Part shown: one piece after another, positions 10,790 to 21,097 of the stretch
Position numbering within the stretch: position 1 is the first letter of the stretch
How the letters are laid out: the number at the start of each line of letters is the position of its first letter
NCBI GenBank assembly: GCA_963823665.1
Contig: CAWGMQ010000005.1
Span: 1,088,001 to 1,152,000, forward strand
DNA from: an uncultured Planctomycetota bacterium
Lineage (GTDB): Bacteria > Planctomycetota > Planctomycetia > Isosphaerales > Isosphaeraceae
Reading direction: 5' to 3'
Length of the DNA stretch: 64,000 bases
Notes under the pieces: generated by a model
Seen by the model: only the letters and a program-made list of their open reading frames with translations
Told to the model about the DNA's origin: nothing
Databases searched by the model: none
Made by a program: the position numbers and the translations under genes

Positions 10790-12448
10790 TCAAAGTCCGC
10801 TCAGGTCCAGTGCCGTCAGCTTGATCCCCTTCTTCAGGCCGAGCGTCTTCACGACTTGCTCATTCGCCGGAATCGTCAGGCTCCTCCGCGGCGACACGCA
10901 GATCCCCGTCAGAACCTTCGGCGTCTCGCTCGCCGGACTGTCCGTTCCCAGCAGGGCAAGACCGTTGAGTATCATCGGAGAGAAATTCTCAATCCGGATC
11001 TGATACACAAGCTTGCCCTTCTCGCGGGTCGTCGCACCCTTGATCACCTGCGCACGCACCAGCCGATTCAACACCCCCTCCGCGAAGCCGTCCGCAAATC
11101 GATTCACATCGAACTTGTCCCGGCCATCATCGAGCGGAAGGGTGAACTTGCCGAACGGAACCCAGTTCGAAGCCCCCGCGTCACTCCCCAGCACCTGAAC
11201 CGACGCTTCTCCTGCCTTCAGCTTCACTCGGCATGCAATTGCAGGCGCCTCCGGACGCTCGGCAAGCTTCTCCGAGACCGATGCGGCCAACCCCAAGATA
11301 GACTTGCGATCGAGCAACTTGCTCAACTCGTCCGCAAGCGGATGAGTCGTTTCATCCGACGCCACGACCTCGATCAACAGCCGCCCGCTTTCGGCTTCGT
11401 CCAGAGTATCCAGGCGGTTCACAAACTCCTTGGCCATCGCCAGCTCATGACGATTCGACCAGCCTTGCGAGAGCTGACCAATCGTGCTCCAGTCCAAACC
11501 CGCCGCCAGGTTCCACATCACCAGTTGCGAGAGCGACGTCGGCGCCTTTTCAGCCGCCAGCCGCCGCAACGCTTTCTGCACCCGTGCGTCATCGTTGACC
11601 TGCGAAATATCACCCACAATCCGCATCGGCTCACCCTTCTCGGGAAGACGCAAGCCATGCTCCGGATCGGGCGCCGTGATACTCACCAACCGCGTGGGCA
11701 AGTGCCTCGTCTGCCGCGGGTTCAGCTCTGCCGACGGAAGCATCGTCGGAGCCACCGAACGCATCCCACCACCCATACCGCCCATGCCGCCGCCCATCAT
11801 GCCACCGCCCATGCCGCCCATGCCGCCGCCCATGCCTCGCATGCCCATCATTCCAATCATGAGGCTGCGCATGTCCCAACTGTCGGGGTCGCCACAGAAA
11901 TACATGATGATTCGAGCCAGCATCATCATCCCCATCGTTGCCGGCATCGTACCCGACGTGCGACCCATGCCGCCCATACCTCCCATGCCGCCGCCCATGC
12001 CTCCGCCCATGCCTCCGCCCATGCCTCCCATCCCGCCGCCCATGCCGCCCATGCCGCCGCCCATGCCGCCGCCCATGCCGCCGCCCATGCCTCCCATCCC
12101 GCCGCCCATGCCTCCCATCCCGCCGAATTGACCAGTGGCGCCCTGCGCGATGATGCCCGGCGGCAGAACGACTCGCAGTCGATGCGGGGTATTATTGGAC
12201 AGCGAGAGCGTCATTCGACCGTCGCCTCTGCCCTCGGCGTTTATCGTCACCTGGCCATCACGTGCAGCGTCCAGCAAGTTGACCTCGACAACCGGTTGGT
12301 CGGCTTTTTGCTCGGTACTTCTGGCCTTCACCCGCGCAGGGCCGGCCTTGCTGCCAGCCTTGTCTTTGTCATCACCGCGTGCAGGGTGAGCAAGCGGGAG
12401 ACACGCCATGAAGGCGGCCGAGACGAATGCGCGAACGGTGTGATTCAT
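10790..12448 (-). CDS. Exported Gly/Met-rich protein, paralog 2
   Basis: Same architecture as paralog 1. Confidence 0.85.
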   Translation of the reverse strand: MNHTVRAFVSAAFMACLPLAHPARGDDKDKAGSKAGPARVKARSTEQKADQPVVEVNLLDAARDGQVTINAEGRGDGRMTLSLSNNTPHRLRVVLPPGIIAQGATGQFGGMGGMGGGMGGMGGGMGGGMGGGMGGMGGGMGGMGGGMGGGMGGGMGGMGGMGRTSGTMPATMGMMMLARIIMYFCGDPDSWDMRSLMIGMMGMRGMGGGMGGMGGGMMGGGMGGMGGGMRSVAPTMLPSAELNPRQTRHLPTRLVSITAPDPEHGLRLPEKGEPMRIVGDISQVNDDARVQKALRRLAAEKAPTSLSQLVMWNLAAGLDWSTIGQLSQGWSNRHELAMAKEFVNRLDTLDEAESGRLLIEVVASDETTHPLADELSKLLDRKSILGLAASVSEKLAERPEAPAIACRVKLKAGEASVQVLGSDAGASNWVPFGKFTLPLDDGRDKFDVNRFADGFAEGVLNRLVRAQVIKGATTREKGKLVYQIRIENFSPMILNGLALLGTDSPASETPKVLTGICVSPRRSLTIPANEQVVKTLGLKKGIKLTALDLSGL

Positions 12449-12752
12449 CGAATCGGACCTTTCTTATGAAAGAGATCAATCGGAAATGCGGCGCAAGAAA
12501 TCGCCACATGTCTGTAATCAAACTCATTTTCTTATTGATTGATTCGGGGCCGGCACTGCTGTGAGGGCGGCAAAGATCATGGGGCCGGACGTGGGTAACG
12601 GCTTGCACAGCGACGCGCAAGCGAAGCGCCGGATAGCGTGCTCGCGGGCAGCCGGTCAGTTGTCGCGCAGAGGCCGCGCCTTATCCCGTGACCGGCAGGA
12701 AAAGACCCGGGCACACGAGTTAGGGAGAATGGAACCGGGAACCAAGGGCCCT

Positions 12753-13103
12753 TCAACAACGAAGCGGCGATTGGGTGGGAGCGCGGGGCGAGGTCCGAGC
12801 AATCGACCAAGGTGCAGTGAGCGTGCGTGGAACAAGCGCGGGGCCGAAATCAATCTCGTCGGGGAACTGGGGGCCCGTCTCGTTCAAAACGATCTTTGGC
12901 CGGGCTTTCCACGGCGCCAAGCGAACCAGGGTCGATGAGCGAGAGAGGCCGAATCCGACCGTGGAGGAGATGGACGAACCGCACCCGGCTGGAGCGAAAA
13001 CGGCGTGTCTGGCCGGAGACTGGGACGATCCGTCGGCGAACGCCGATGGCAACGTCAACAGGCCAACCAAGACAGCCGCGATCGCCGAGCGAATGGCGAA
13101 CAT
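12753..13103 (-). CDS. Small signal-peptide protein ending PLRC, paralog b
   Basis: MFAIRSAIAAVLVGLL...RLAPWKARPKIVLNETG...DFGP..VP...SPLRC. Confidence 0.65.
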   Translation of the reverse strand: MFAIRSAIAAVLVGLLTLPSAFADGSSQSPARHAVFAPAGCGSSISSTVGFGLSRSSTLVRLAPWKARPKIVLNETGPQFPDEIDFGPALVPRTLTAPWSIARTSPRAPTQSPLRC

Positions 13104-13423
13104 CCCGCTTCCTCGTATGAGGCGAATCGACAAATCCAACGTCCCACCGACGTAAATGCACGTACTACTCAAGAACCAGCCTAACTTACGCGGCTCGCTC
13201 GAACAAGACGCCATCAGATATCTTATCATGCGATTTCGCCCGTGCGACCGGCCATGAAATACCAGATGCGGACGAGTTTTGAAGGATCGCTTGTGGCCGA
13301 AGGCGGATTGCCTCGAACCAACCCGGGCGAGCCCTCCTCGCCCAGACTGGTCGAAATGCTGGCTTCGGAACGACTCCTTCCCTCGTCTCGCAATGTCCCG
13401 ACAGTACCCTGAGCAACCGACGA

Positions 13424-15097
13424 TCACAGTCCGCTCAGGTCCAGTGCCGTCAGCTTGATCCCCTTCTTCAGGCCGAGCGTCTTCACGACTTGCTCATTCG
13501 CCGGAATCGTCAGGCTCCTCCGCGGCGACACGCAGATCCCCGTCAGAACCTTCGGCGTCTCGCTCGCCGGACTGTCCGTTCCCAGCAGGGCAAGACCGTT
13601 GAGTATCATCGGAGAGAAATTCTCAATCCGGATCTGATACACAAGCTTGCCCTTCTCGCGGGTCGTCGCACCCTTGATCACCTGCGCACGCACCAGCCGA
13701 TTCAACACCCCCTCCGCGAAGCCGTCCGCAAATCGATTCACATCGAACTTGTCCCGGCCATCATCGAGCGGAAGGGTGAACTTGCCGAACGGAACCCAGT
13801 TCGAAGCCCCCGCGTCACTCCCCAGCACCTGAACCGACGCTTCTCCTGCCTTCAGCTTCACTCGGCATGCAATTGCAGGCGCCTCCGGACGCTCGGCAAG
13901 CTTCTCCGAGACCGATGCGGCCAACCCCAAGATAGACTTGCGATCGAGCAACTTGCTCAACTCGTCCGCAAGCGGATGAGTCGTTTCATCCGACGCCACG
14001 ACCTCGATCAACAGCCGCCCGCTTTCGGCTTCGTCCAGAGTATCCAGACGGTTCACAAACTCCTTGGCCATCGCCAGCTCATGACGATTCGACCAGCCTT
14101 GCGAGAGCTGACCAATCGTGCTCCAGTCCAAACCCGCCGCCAGGTTCCACATCACCAGTTGCGAGAGCGACGTCGGCGCCTTTTCAGCCGCCAGCCGCCG
14201 CAACGCTTTCTGCACCCGTGCGTCATCGTTGACCTGCGAAATATCACCCACAATCCGCATCGGCTCACCCTTCTCGGGAAGACGCAAGCCATGCTCTGGG
14301 TCAGGCGCCGTCACGCTCACCAACCGCGTCGGTAACTGCCTCGTCTGCTGCGGGTTGAGGTCCGCCGAAGGAAGCATGGTCGGAGCCACCGAACGCATCC
14401 CACCACCCATACCGCCCATACCACCGCCCATCATCCCCCCGCCCATGCCGCCGCCCATGCCGCCGCCCATCATCCCCATGCCGCCCATCATCCCGATCAT
14501 GAGGCTGCGCATGTCCCAACTATCGGGGTCACCGCAGAAATACATGATGATTCGAGCCAACATCATCATGCCCATCGTCGCCGGCATTGTGCCGGAAGTG
14601 CGGCCCATGCCGCCCATGCCGCCCATCCCACCGCCCATCCCACCGCCCATGCCGCCGCCCATCATCCCCATGCCGCCGCCCATGCCGCCGCCCATGCCGC
14701 CCATGCCGCCGCCCATGCCTCCCATGCCGCCGCCCATGCCTCCCATGCCGCCGCCCATGCCTCCCATGCCGCCGAATTGGCCGGTCGCGCCTTGGGCGAT
14801 GATGCCGGGGGGCAGCACGACGCGCAGTCGGCGCCGGGTGTTATTGGTCACTGCGAGCGTCATCCGGCCATCGCCTCGCCCTTCAGCGGTGATCGTCACT
14901 TGGCCGTCGCGTGCGGCGTCCAGAAGGTTGACTTCCTGAATCGGTTGCTCAGGCTTTTGCTGAGAACCCTTGAGTTTGGCCCGAACCCGGCCGGCATTCG
15001 TGGCCGACTTCTCCTTGTCATCACCGCGTGCAACGTGAGCAAGCGGCAGACACATCAGCAAACTGGCCGCGACGAAAACGCGAATCAAATGACTCAT
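13424..15097 (-). CDS. Exported Gly/Met-rich protein, paralog 3
   Basis: Same architecture; 3' half almost identical in DNA to paralog 2. Confidence 0.85.
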   Translation of the reverse strand: MSHLIRVFVAASLLMCLPLAHVARGDDKEKSATNAGRVRAKLKGSQQKPEQPIQEVNLLDAARDGQVTITAEGRGDGRMTLAVTNNTRRRLRVVLPPGIIAQGATGQFGGMGGMGGGMGGMGGGMGGMGGGMGGMGGGMGGGMGMMGGGMGGGMGGGMGGMGGMGRTSGTMPATMGMMMLARIIMYFCGDPDSWDMRSLMIGMMGGMGMMGGGMGGGMGGGMMGGGMGGMGGGMRSVAPTMLPSADLNPQQTRQLPTRLVSVTAPDPEHGLRLPEKGEPMRIVGDISQVNDDARVQKALRRLAAEKAPTSLSQLVMWNLAAGLDWSTIGQLSQGWSNRHELAMAKEFVNRLDTLDEAESGRLLIEVVASDETTHPLADELSKLLDRKSILGLAASVSEKLAERPEAPAIACRVKLKAGEASVQVLGSDAGASNWVPFGKFTLPLDDGRDKFDVNRFADGFAEGVLNRLVRAQVIKGATTREKGKLVYQIRIENFSPMILNGLALLGTDSPASETPKVLTGICVSPRRSLTIPANEQVVKTLGLKKGIKLTALDLSGL

Positions 15098-15361
15098 CGG
15101 TTGATGCCTTTCATGAATAAGGCGATGAATCGATCGTGGAAAGTAAGCAAACGCACGTGCAAATCACTCTGCAGCCACACAAACACGTCGCGAGCCCTGA
15201 TCACGTGGCAGAGCTCGCCATCGAAGCACAACAGCCTCGCGCGGCCGGCTCGAGTGAAGTGAAAACGAGCTAGCAGACGCGAGTCGACGCAATCGCACCG
15301 GCCATTTGTCACTGGCGTGGCGCGAGCGCCGCACTGAACGCCCCACGTACCGGCGCGCTGT

Positions 15362-15721
15362 TCAACAGCGGCGTCGGCAGGTTGTCGAGAGGAAAGGACG
15401 CACGAAGTGATTTGATGGAGGCGAGTTGTTCCCCTTCGGAACGTCGACGGGGCCCAGGTCGACTTCTTCAAACTCGCGTTGTGACTCTTCCAGCACAGCC
15501 TTCAGCCGGCTCTTGCGCCGTCCAACCCGCAACAAGGATGAACTGCCAGTGATTGAGGCGAGCGCCGGTAACGAATTCCATGATTCAAGGTGGCATTGCA
15601 CCACGACGGCACCGGTCCCGGGAGAGTTCCCGACCGAGGAGACCGAAGCAGCGACGGGCGAATTGAGGAAGCCCATCGTCAGGACCAGGATGCACCAGGG
15701 AACGGCGGACATCGGAAACAC
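15362..15721 (-). CDS. Small signal-peptide protein ending RRRC, paralog c (divergent)
   Basis: RRKSRLKAVLEE...EVDLGPVDVP...RRRC aligns with paralogs a and b; same relative position. Confidence 0.55.
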   Translation of the reverse strand: MFPMSAVPWCILVLTMGFLNSPVAASVSSVGNSPGTGAVVVQCHLESWNSLPALASITGSSSLLRVGRRKSRLKAVLEESQREFEEVDLGPVDVPKGNNSPPSNHFVRPFLSTTCRRRC

Positions 15722-15895
15722 CTTGATGGTCTAATCACGCTTATCACGCAAATCGCCGACCCGCGCGAGACGCACTCGCGCAGGTCGGTCGAAATCGCGT
15801 CAACTTATCCATTCCGAGAGATAGCCGGCCAATCATTCTCCGACTTGAGACATTGAACGCTTGTGTTGGCCTCTTTTTCAATGGCTTCGGAATCA

Positions 15896-17587
15896 TCACA
15901 GCCCGCTCAGGTCGAGCGCGGTCAGCTTGATCCCCTTCTTCAGGCCTAACTCTTTGACGACGTCCTCGTTAGCCGGAATGGTCAAGCTTCTCCGTGGTGA
16001 GACGCAGATGCCTGTCAGCACCTTCGGCCGCTCTTCTTCCGGGCTACCCGTACCCAAAAGCGCCAGCCCGTTGAGAATCATCGGAGAGTAGTTTTCGATC
16101 TTGATCTGGTAGACAAGCTTACCTTTCTCGCGGGTCGTCGCACCCTTGATAACTTGCGCCCGGACCAGGCGATTCAGCACGCCCTCGGCCAAACTGTCCG
16201 CAAACCGAGTCGCGTCGAACTTCCCTCCAGCCTGCTGAAGCGGAAGACTGAATTTACCGAACGGAACCCAGTTCGCAGCCGCCGCGTCACTCCCCAGCAC
16301 CTGAACCGACGCCTCACCATCCTTCAGCTTCACCCGGCAAGCAATCGCCGGGGCATCCGGATTGGCTGCCAGAGCCGCTTTTGATTCCGCAACCAACCCC
16401 AGAATGTACTTGCCTTCCATCGCCTTGCCCAGGTCTGTCGCCGCCCCCTGGCTCGCTTCATCCGATGCCACGATCTCCAGGAAGAGCCGACCACTCTCAC
16501 CAACAGGCAGCGTATCCAGCCGATTCACAAATTCCCTCGCCATCGCCAGCTCATGACGATTCGACCAGCTTTGCGAAAGCTCGGCAATCGTGCTCCAGTC
16601 CAGACCCGCCGCCAGATTCCACATCACCAGTTGCGATAGCGAAGTCGGCGCCTTCTCAGCCGCCAGCCGCCGCAACGCCTTCTGCACCCGCGCGTCGTCG
16701 TTCACCTGCGAAATATCACCCACGATCCGCATCGGCTCACCCTTCTCGGGAAGACGCAAACCGTGCTCCGCATCAGGCGCCGTGACGCTCACCAGCCGCG
16801 TCGGTAACTGCCTCGTCTGCTGCGGGTTGAGCAATGCCGAAGGAAGCAGTGTCGTAGGCACAGATCGCATGCCGCCACCACCCATTCCTCCGCCCATTCC
16901 TCCGCCCATGCCGCCGCCCATCATGCCACCGCCCATGCCACCGCCCATGCCGCCCATCATCCCGATCATCAAGCTGCGCATGTCCCAGCTATCCGGGTCG
17001 CCGCAGAAGTACATGATGATTCGCGCCAGCATCATCATTCCCATGGTCGCCGGCATTGTCCCAGACGTCCGGCCCATGCCTCCCATGCCGCCCATACCAC
17101 CGCCCATACCACCGCCCATACCACCGCCCATGCCACCACCCATACCACCACCCATACCGCCACCCATACCACCCATGCCGCCGCCCATGCCGCCACCACC
17201 CATACCGCCGCCCATGCCACCCATGCCGCCGAACTGGCCGGTGGCACCTTGGGCAATAATCCCTGGCGGAAGCACCACGCGCAATTGCCGGCGCGTATTG
17301 TTCGTCACGGATAGAGTCATACGTCCATCACCCCGGCCCTCAGCTTCAACCGTGACCAGACCGTCGCGCATCGCTGTCAGAAGGTTGATTTCGGGAGCGT
17401 GCGGGTCTTCCTTGACGGTCGCTTTATTTGTCTTGGCGCGCCCCTTGGTCGCCTTGCTTTGCGACGGAATCGCTTTCGCCCGAGGAAGATCGGTCTCGCC
17501 CTTATCCTGGGCAAGGACCGACAATGGAAGCAGGGCGAGCAAGCTTCCGGCGCAAAACGAGGTGAACCACCTGAGCGACTGAGACAT
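15896..17587 (-). CDS. Exported Gly/Met-rich protein, paralog 4
   Basis: Start MSQSLRW (ATG 17587, RBS GAAAGG); same architecture. Confidence 0.85.
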   Translation of the reverse strand: MSQSLRWFTSFCAGSLLALLPLSVLAQDKGETDLPRAKAIPSQSKATKGRAKTNKATVKEDPHAPEINLLTAMRDGLVTVEAEGRGDGRMTLSVTNNTRRQLRVVLPPGIIAQGATGQFGGMGGMGGGMGGGGMGGGMGGMGGGMGGGMGGGMGGGMGGGMGGGMGGMGGMGRTSGTMPATMGMMMLARIIMYFCGDPDSWDMRSLMIGMMGGMGGGMGGGMMGGGMGGGMGGGMGGGGMRSVPTTLLPSALLNPQQTRQLPTRLVSVTAPDAEHGLRLPEKGEPMRIVGDISQVNDDARVQKALRRLAAEKAPTSLSQLVMWNLAAGLDWSTIAELSQSWSNRHELAMAREFVNRLDTLPVGESGRLFLEIVASDEASQGAATDLGKAMEGKYILGLVAESKAALAANPDAPAIACRVKLKDGEASVQVLGSDAAAANWVPFGKFSLPLQQAGGKFDATRFADSLAEGVLNRLVRAQVIKGATTREKGKLVYQIKIENYSPMILNGLALLGTGSPEEERPKVLTGICVSPRRSLTIPANEDVVKELGLKKGIKLTALDLSGL

Positions 17588-17921
17588 CGAGAACGACCTT
17601 TCTAGACGATTCCGTAAGTGAGAAGCGATTGGCCATCGAGGCACGTCGGCATCGGCAACGCGACTGTCAATTGCCGTCGCAGTCACGTGTTCTTGTCCTA
17701 ATTGACGCTGGAGACGAGCAATCTATTCGGCAGTGACGGCGACCAACTCGCTCGATCGCCCAGTTTCCCTGCTCCCCGCCGGCTCATTCCCCCGCGTATC
17801 GGCTCCGAACCGTCAAGAATGCCTCACAACATGGTGTAATACCAGAACTTCGACCAGAGTGTTATTTGTTGTTGCGCACACGATCGGCAGGAACTGCCCC
17901 CCAAGTGCAGGAGCGCCGCGG

Positions 17922-19603
17922 ATGGAACGTGCGATTCCGCTCTGCATGAGCTTGATCGTGATCTTCGCCGTGGAATCGCGTGCCGCTGACGAACCGGCGC
18001 GGTCCTTGCGTGTCTTGGCCGATTTGAACCACACGGGCAATCTCATCAAGCCGCGCAACTCTCGGCGCTAGCCCCGAACGAATTCGGCATCGCTGTGCCG
18101 CTCCCGGCGCGAATCCTCGATCGAACCCGATTGCCCGAGAACTTGGCGCCAGGTGACCATAATCTTGAGAAGCTAGGGCGGCTCCGTGTCGAGATAACGC
18201 GGGGAGGGGGTGACCTCGTCGTTTCCATCGAAAGTGACAGTAGCCGTCAACTTCGCCTCTTTCAGAAGGCCAACGGCGAATGGCGGCGGTTGGCGACGGG
18301 TAAGGGTCAGTCATGGACGCTGGCGCCGGAACTTGATGGAGCCGTTGAAATGGGCATCGGTGTTCTGATGCCCGAGGCCCAACGAGGCGAGCCTCAGCCA
18401 ACCTGGCCTCGAACATTCGACGTCCTGGTCTCATCGCAGGCCCACCGCGGTGAGACCGTGCGCATTCCGTTCCGCGTGGCACCATGCATCATTCCCTCGG
18501 CGCTCGAGCCGGTCGAGGAACTGATGATCGTCTCCCTGCCCGTCACCGCTGATGCGGTGCTAGGCATACGAGCGCTCACGGCAGCAATGGGCGTCAAGCT
18601 CGTTGCTAATGAGGCCCACGACCTTTGCGATCAATGGATGCAGGACACGATCCAGCCCGGAATCTTCGCGTTCCCGACCGCCGTGCGCCGCGAACAGGCG
18701 CGCGCAAGCCTGATAGGGCTGCGCTCGAGGACCTCTGCGGCCCGGCTCGATCACCAGGTCGCCAGGAGGCTCCGCCGTCACGGCGTGCTGACGATAACGG
18801 CCGGAGTCCCGCGTGAGAACACTCGGTGGATCGACGGGTACGGCAACCTCGAGTCCACGCCTCCTCATACCAACCGCCACGGAACGAAGTATCCCTATGG
18901 CCGGGTTATCGTCGGCAAGCAACGCGAGCTCACAATGCATCCGGACGTGATGAAATTCCTCGAGGCACAAGGGTTGCAATGGCCGCCGATCGTCGCAGAT
19001 ACGTCTTGGTTGGCAATCGGACACGTTGACGAGGTCGTGAATTTCGTCCCGGCGAACACCGAAGCGGGCTTCAAGGTCCTTCTTCCCAGCCCGAAGGCAG
19101 CTCGAGACATGCTTGCGAGGCTTCTGGCGAGCGGCTTGGAACTGGCCCCGGTCTTCGCCGGGACGGAAAACGAGATGACCCTCGGCACCCCGCGGATGAC
19201 GATTGCCGAATCGTCAGAGAACCTGGCGATCGACCAAGCCGTCACCCGCCTCCTCAAGCAATTAAAGACCGAGCTGAACCTGGGCGATTCTGACTTCGTC
19301 ATGCTCCCAGCCCTGTTTCAGCGGGGTATCGCCGTGATCCCGAACCCGGTCAACAGCATGCTCGTCAATGGCGTTCTGCTCGTTGCGGAGCCGCGCGGCC
19401 CCCGGCAGAACGCGAAAGACGCCTTCGAGAACGCCATCCGCGCGGCCCTCACCGGATGCGATGTGCGACTGGTCTTCATCGACTCATGGAACGCATACCA
19501 CACGTCGGCCGGCGAGATCCACTGCGGCACCAACACCTTCCGCCGCCTGCGCGACCCGGCGTGGTGGAAGTACGTCGGGAATGCGGACCCGCACGCAAAG
19601 TGA
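17922..19603 (+). pseudogene. Protein-arginine deiminase (PAD family), apparently frameshifted near 18044
   Basis: PAD catalytic motifs WMQD, GHVDE and GEIHCGTN in 18095-19603. A signal-peptide N-terminus from ATG 17922 (RBS AGGAG) is in another frame and joins with a 1-nt insertion. Confidence 0.8.
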
Positions 19604-19693
19604 GCCACCGCCGACCACGAAGCCGCGTATAATCGGATGGCCTCGAACCGTCGTTTGTTTTTTCCCCGTTCGACTCCCACCGTGCGGCCCCCG

Positions 19694-21097
19694 ATGCGCT
19701 CGTCGATTCGCAACCAGATCTTGATTCCACTCCTCTCCATTCAGGCGGTCACGGTCACTGCCGCCACCGTCACCATGGCCACGCTGGCGGTCAGGCGAAG
19801 CGAGCGCGAGATCATCAGCCGCATCAATGACGTGGCCGATACCCTCACCCACGGCAATTTCCCCTATAACGAGAGCGTTCTCAACCGAATGCGTGGGCTC
19901 TCCGGGGCCCACTTCGTCGTCATCGACTCAGCCGGGAACGTCTTGCACACCAGCCTCCAGCAACTCACGAGCTTGCCCGCTGCATTGCGCCAGTTGCCGC
20001 GTTCGGCGGACGTCGAGTCGCTCCAGCAGGCTCCGGCGATTCTCTTGGGCCGCACACCTTACTTCGCCACGTCCGTTCAGACCCGCAATCGGCCGCCCGG
20101 CGACTCGCTGTTTATCCTTTACCCTCGCACGAGTTTACAGCAAGCGAGGTGGGAAGCGGTCATGCCGTCGCTCTTGTTGGGTACCGGGTCCCTGGGGATG
20201 ATGATGCTCGTGACAAGCTGGATTGCCAACCACATCAGCCGGCGGATTCGCCAGGTGCAGCGCCAGGTGGCGCGGATTGCCGCAGGCGATTTCCATCAGG
20301 TCGAGCCGGTAGGGCGAGAAGACGAGGTCGCCGATCTGGCCCTCTCCGTGAACAGGATGTGTGCACAGCTCAAGGAGATGCAGCAGACCATTCATCGCTC
20401 CGAGCGCGCCCGGCTGCTCGCGCAGCTCGGTGCCGGGCTGGCCCATCAGCTCCGGAACTCGCTCACCGGCGCCAAGCTGAGTGTTCAGCTCCACGCAAAG
20501 CGCCACCCGGATGCCGCCGCCGACCAGACCCTTTCGGTCGCCCTCCGCCAGCTTGCACTCACGGAGGAGCATGTCCGGGGCCTGCTCTCCATCGGCCGCG
20601 TCGAGCAGGTTCCCCCCGAGGTCTGTGAGCTGCGACAGGTGCTCGACGATGTCGCATTCCTGGTCTCTCCCGCGTGCCAGCACGCCAAGGTCGCCTTCAT
20701 CCACCCGGCCGATGTGTCACCACCGGAATCGGTCGAGGTTTTCGCTGACCGGTCCGGCCTCCGGGCGGCGATACTCAACCTCGCGCTCAACGCCATCGAG
20801 GCAGCCGGTCAGGGGGGATCCGTCGCCATCGAGCTTCATCGGCGTGACCATGAGGTGACCGTCGAGGTCGTCGACAACGGGGCGGGACCGCCCCCCGAGC
20901 TGGCAGAAACTCTCTGTGACCCGTTTATCACCACCAAGCCGGAGGGCGTCGGCCTCGGCCTCGCACTCGCGCGGCAGGTCGCCGTCGATTACGGCGGCCA
21001 GCTCTCCTGGAGCCGCTCACACGGTGAAACCCGGTTCCGCCTGGCACTTCCCCGGCATCGCGCACTCTCGAAGGGGGCTGAATGGGCCGCATCTTGA
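19694..21097 (+). CDS. HAMP-domain sensor histidine kinase
   Basis: Two TM segments, HAMP, H-box AHQLRNSL, NLALNA, DNGAG, PFITTK.EGVGLGL. Confidence 0.92.
   Translation: MRSSIRNQILIPLLSIQAVTVTAATVTMATLAVRRSEREIISRINDVADTLTHGNFPYNESVLNRMRGLSGAHFVVIDSAGNVLHTSLQQLTSLPAALRQLPRSADVESLQQAPAILLGRTPYFATSVQTRNRPPGDSLFILYPRTSLQQARWEAVMPSLLLGTGSLGMMMLVTSWIANHISRRIRQVQRQVARIAAGDFHQVEPVGREDEVADLALSVNRMCAQLKEMQQTIHRSERARLLAQLGAGLAHQLRNSLTGAKLSVQLHAKRHPDAAADQTLSVALRQLALTEEHVRGLLSIGRVEQVPPEVCELRQVLDDVAFLVSPACQHAKVAFIHPADVSPPESVEVFADRSGLRAAILNLALNAIEAAGQGGSVAIELHRRDHEVTVEVVDNGAGPPPELAETLCDPFITTKPEGVGLGLALARQVAVDYGGQLSWSRSHGETRFRLALPRHRALSKGAEWAAS

Noticed and set aside
9197..17582. Pro/Met-rich and His/Ala-rich plus-strand ORFs
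   Set aside because: Reverse-complement readings of the GGM tracts.
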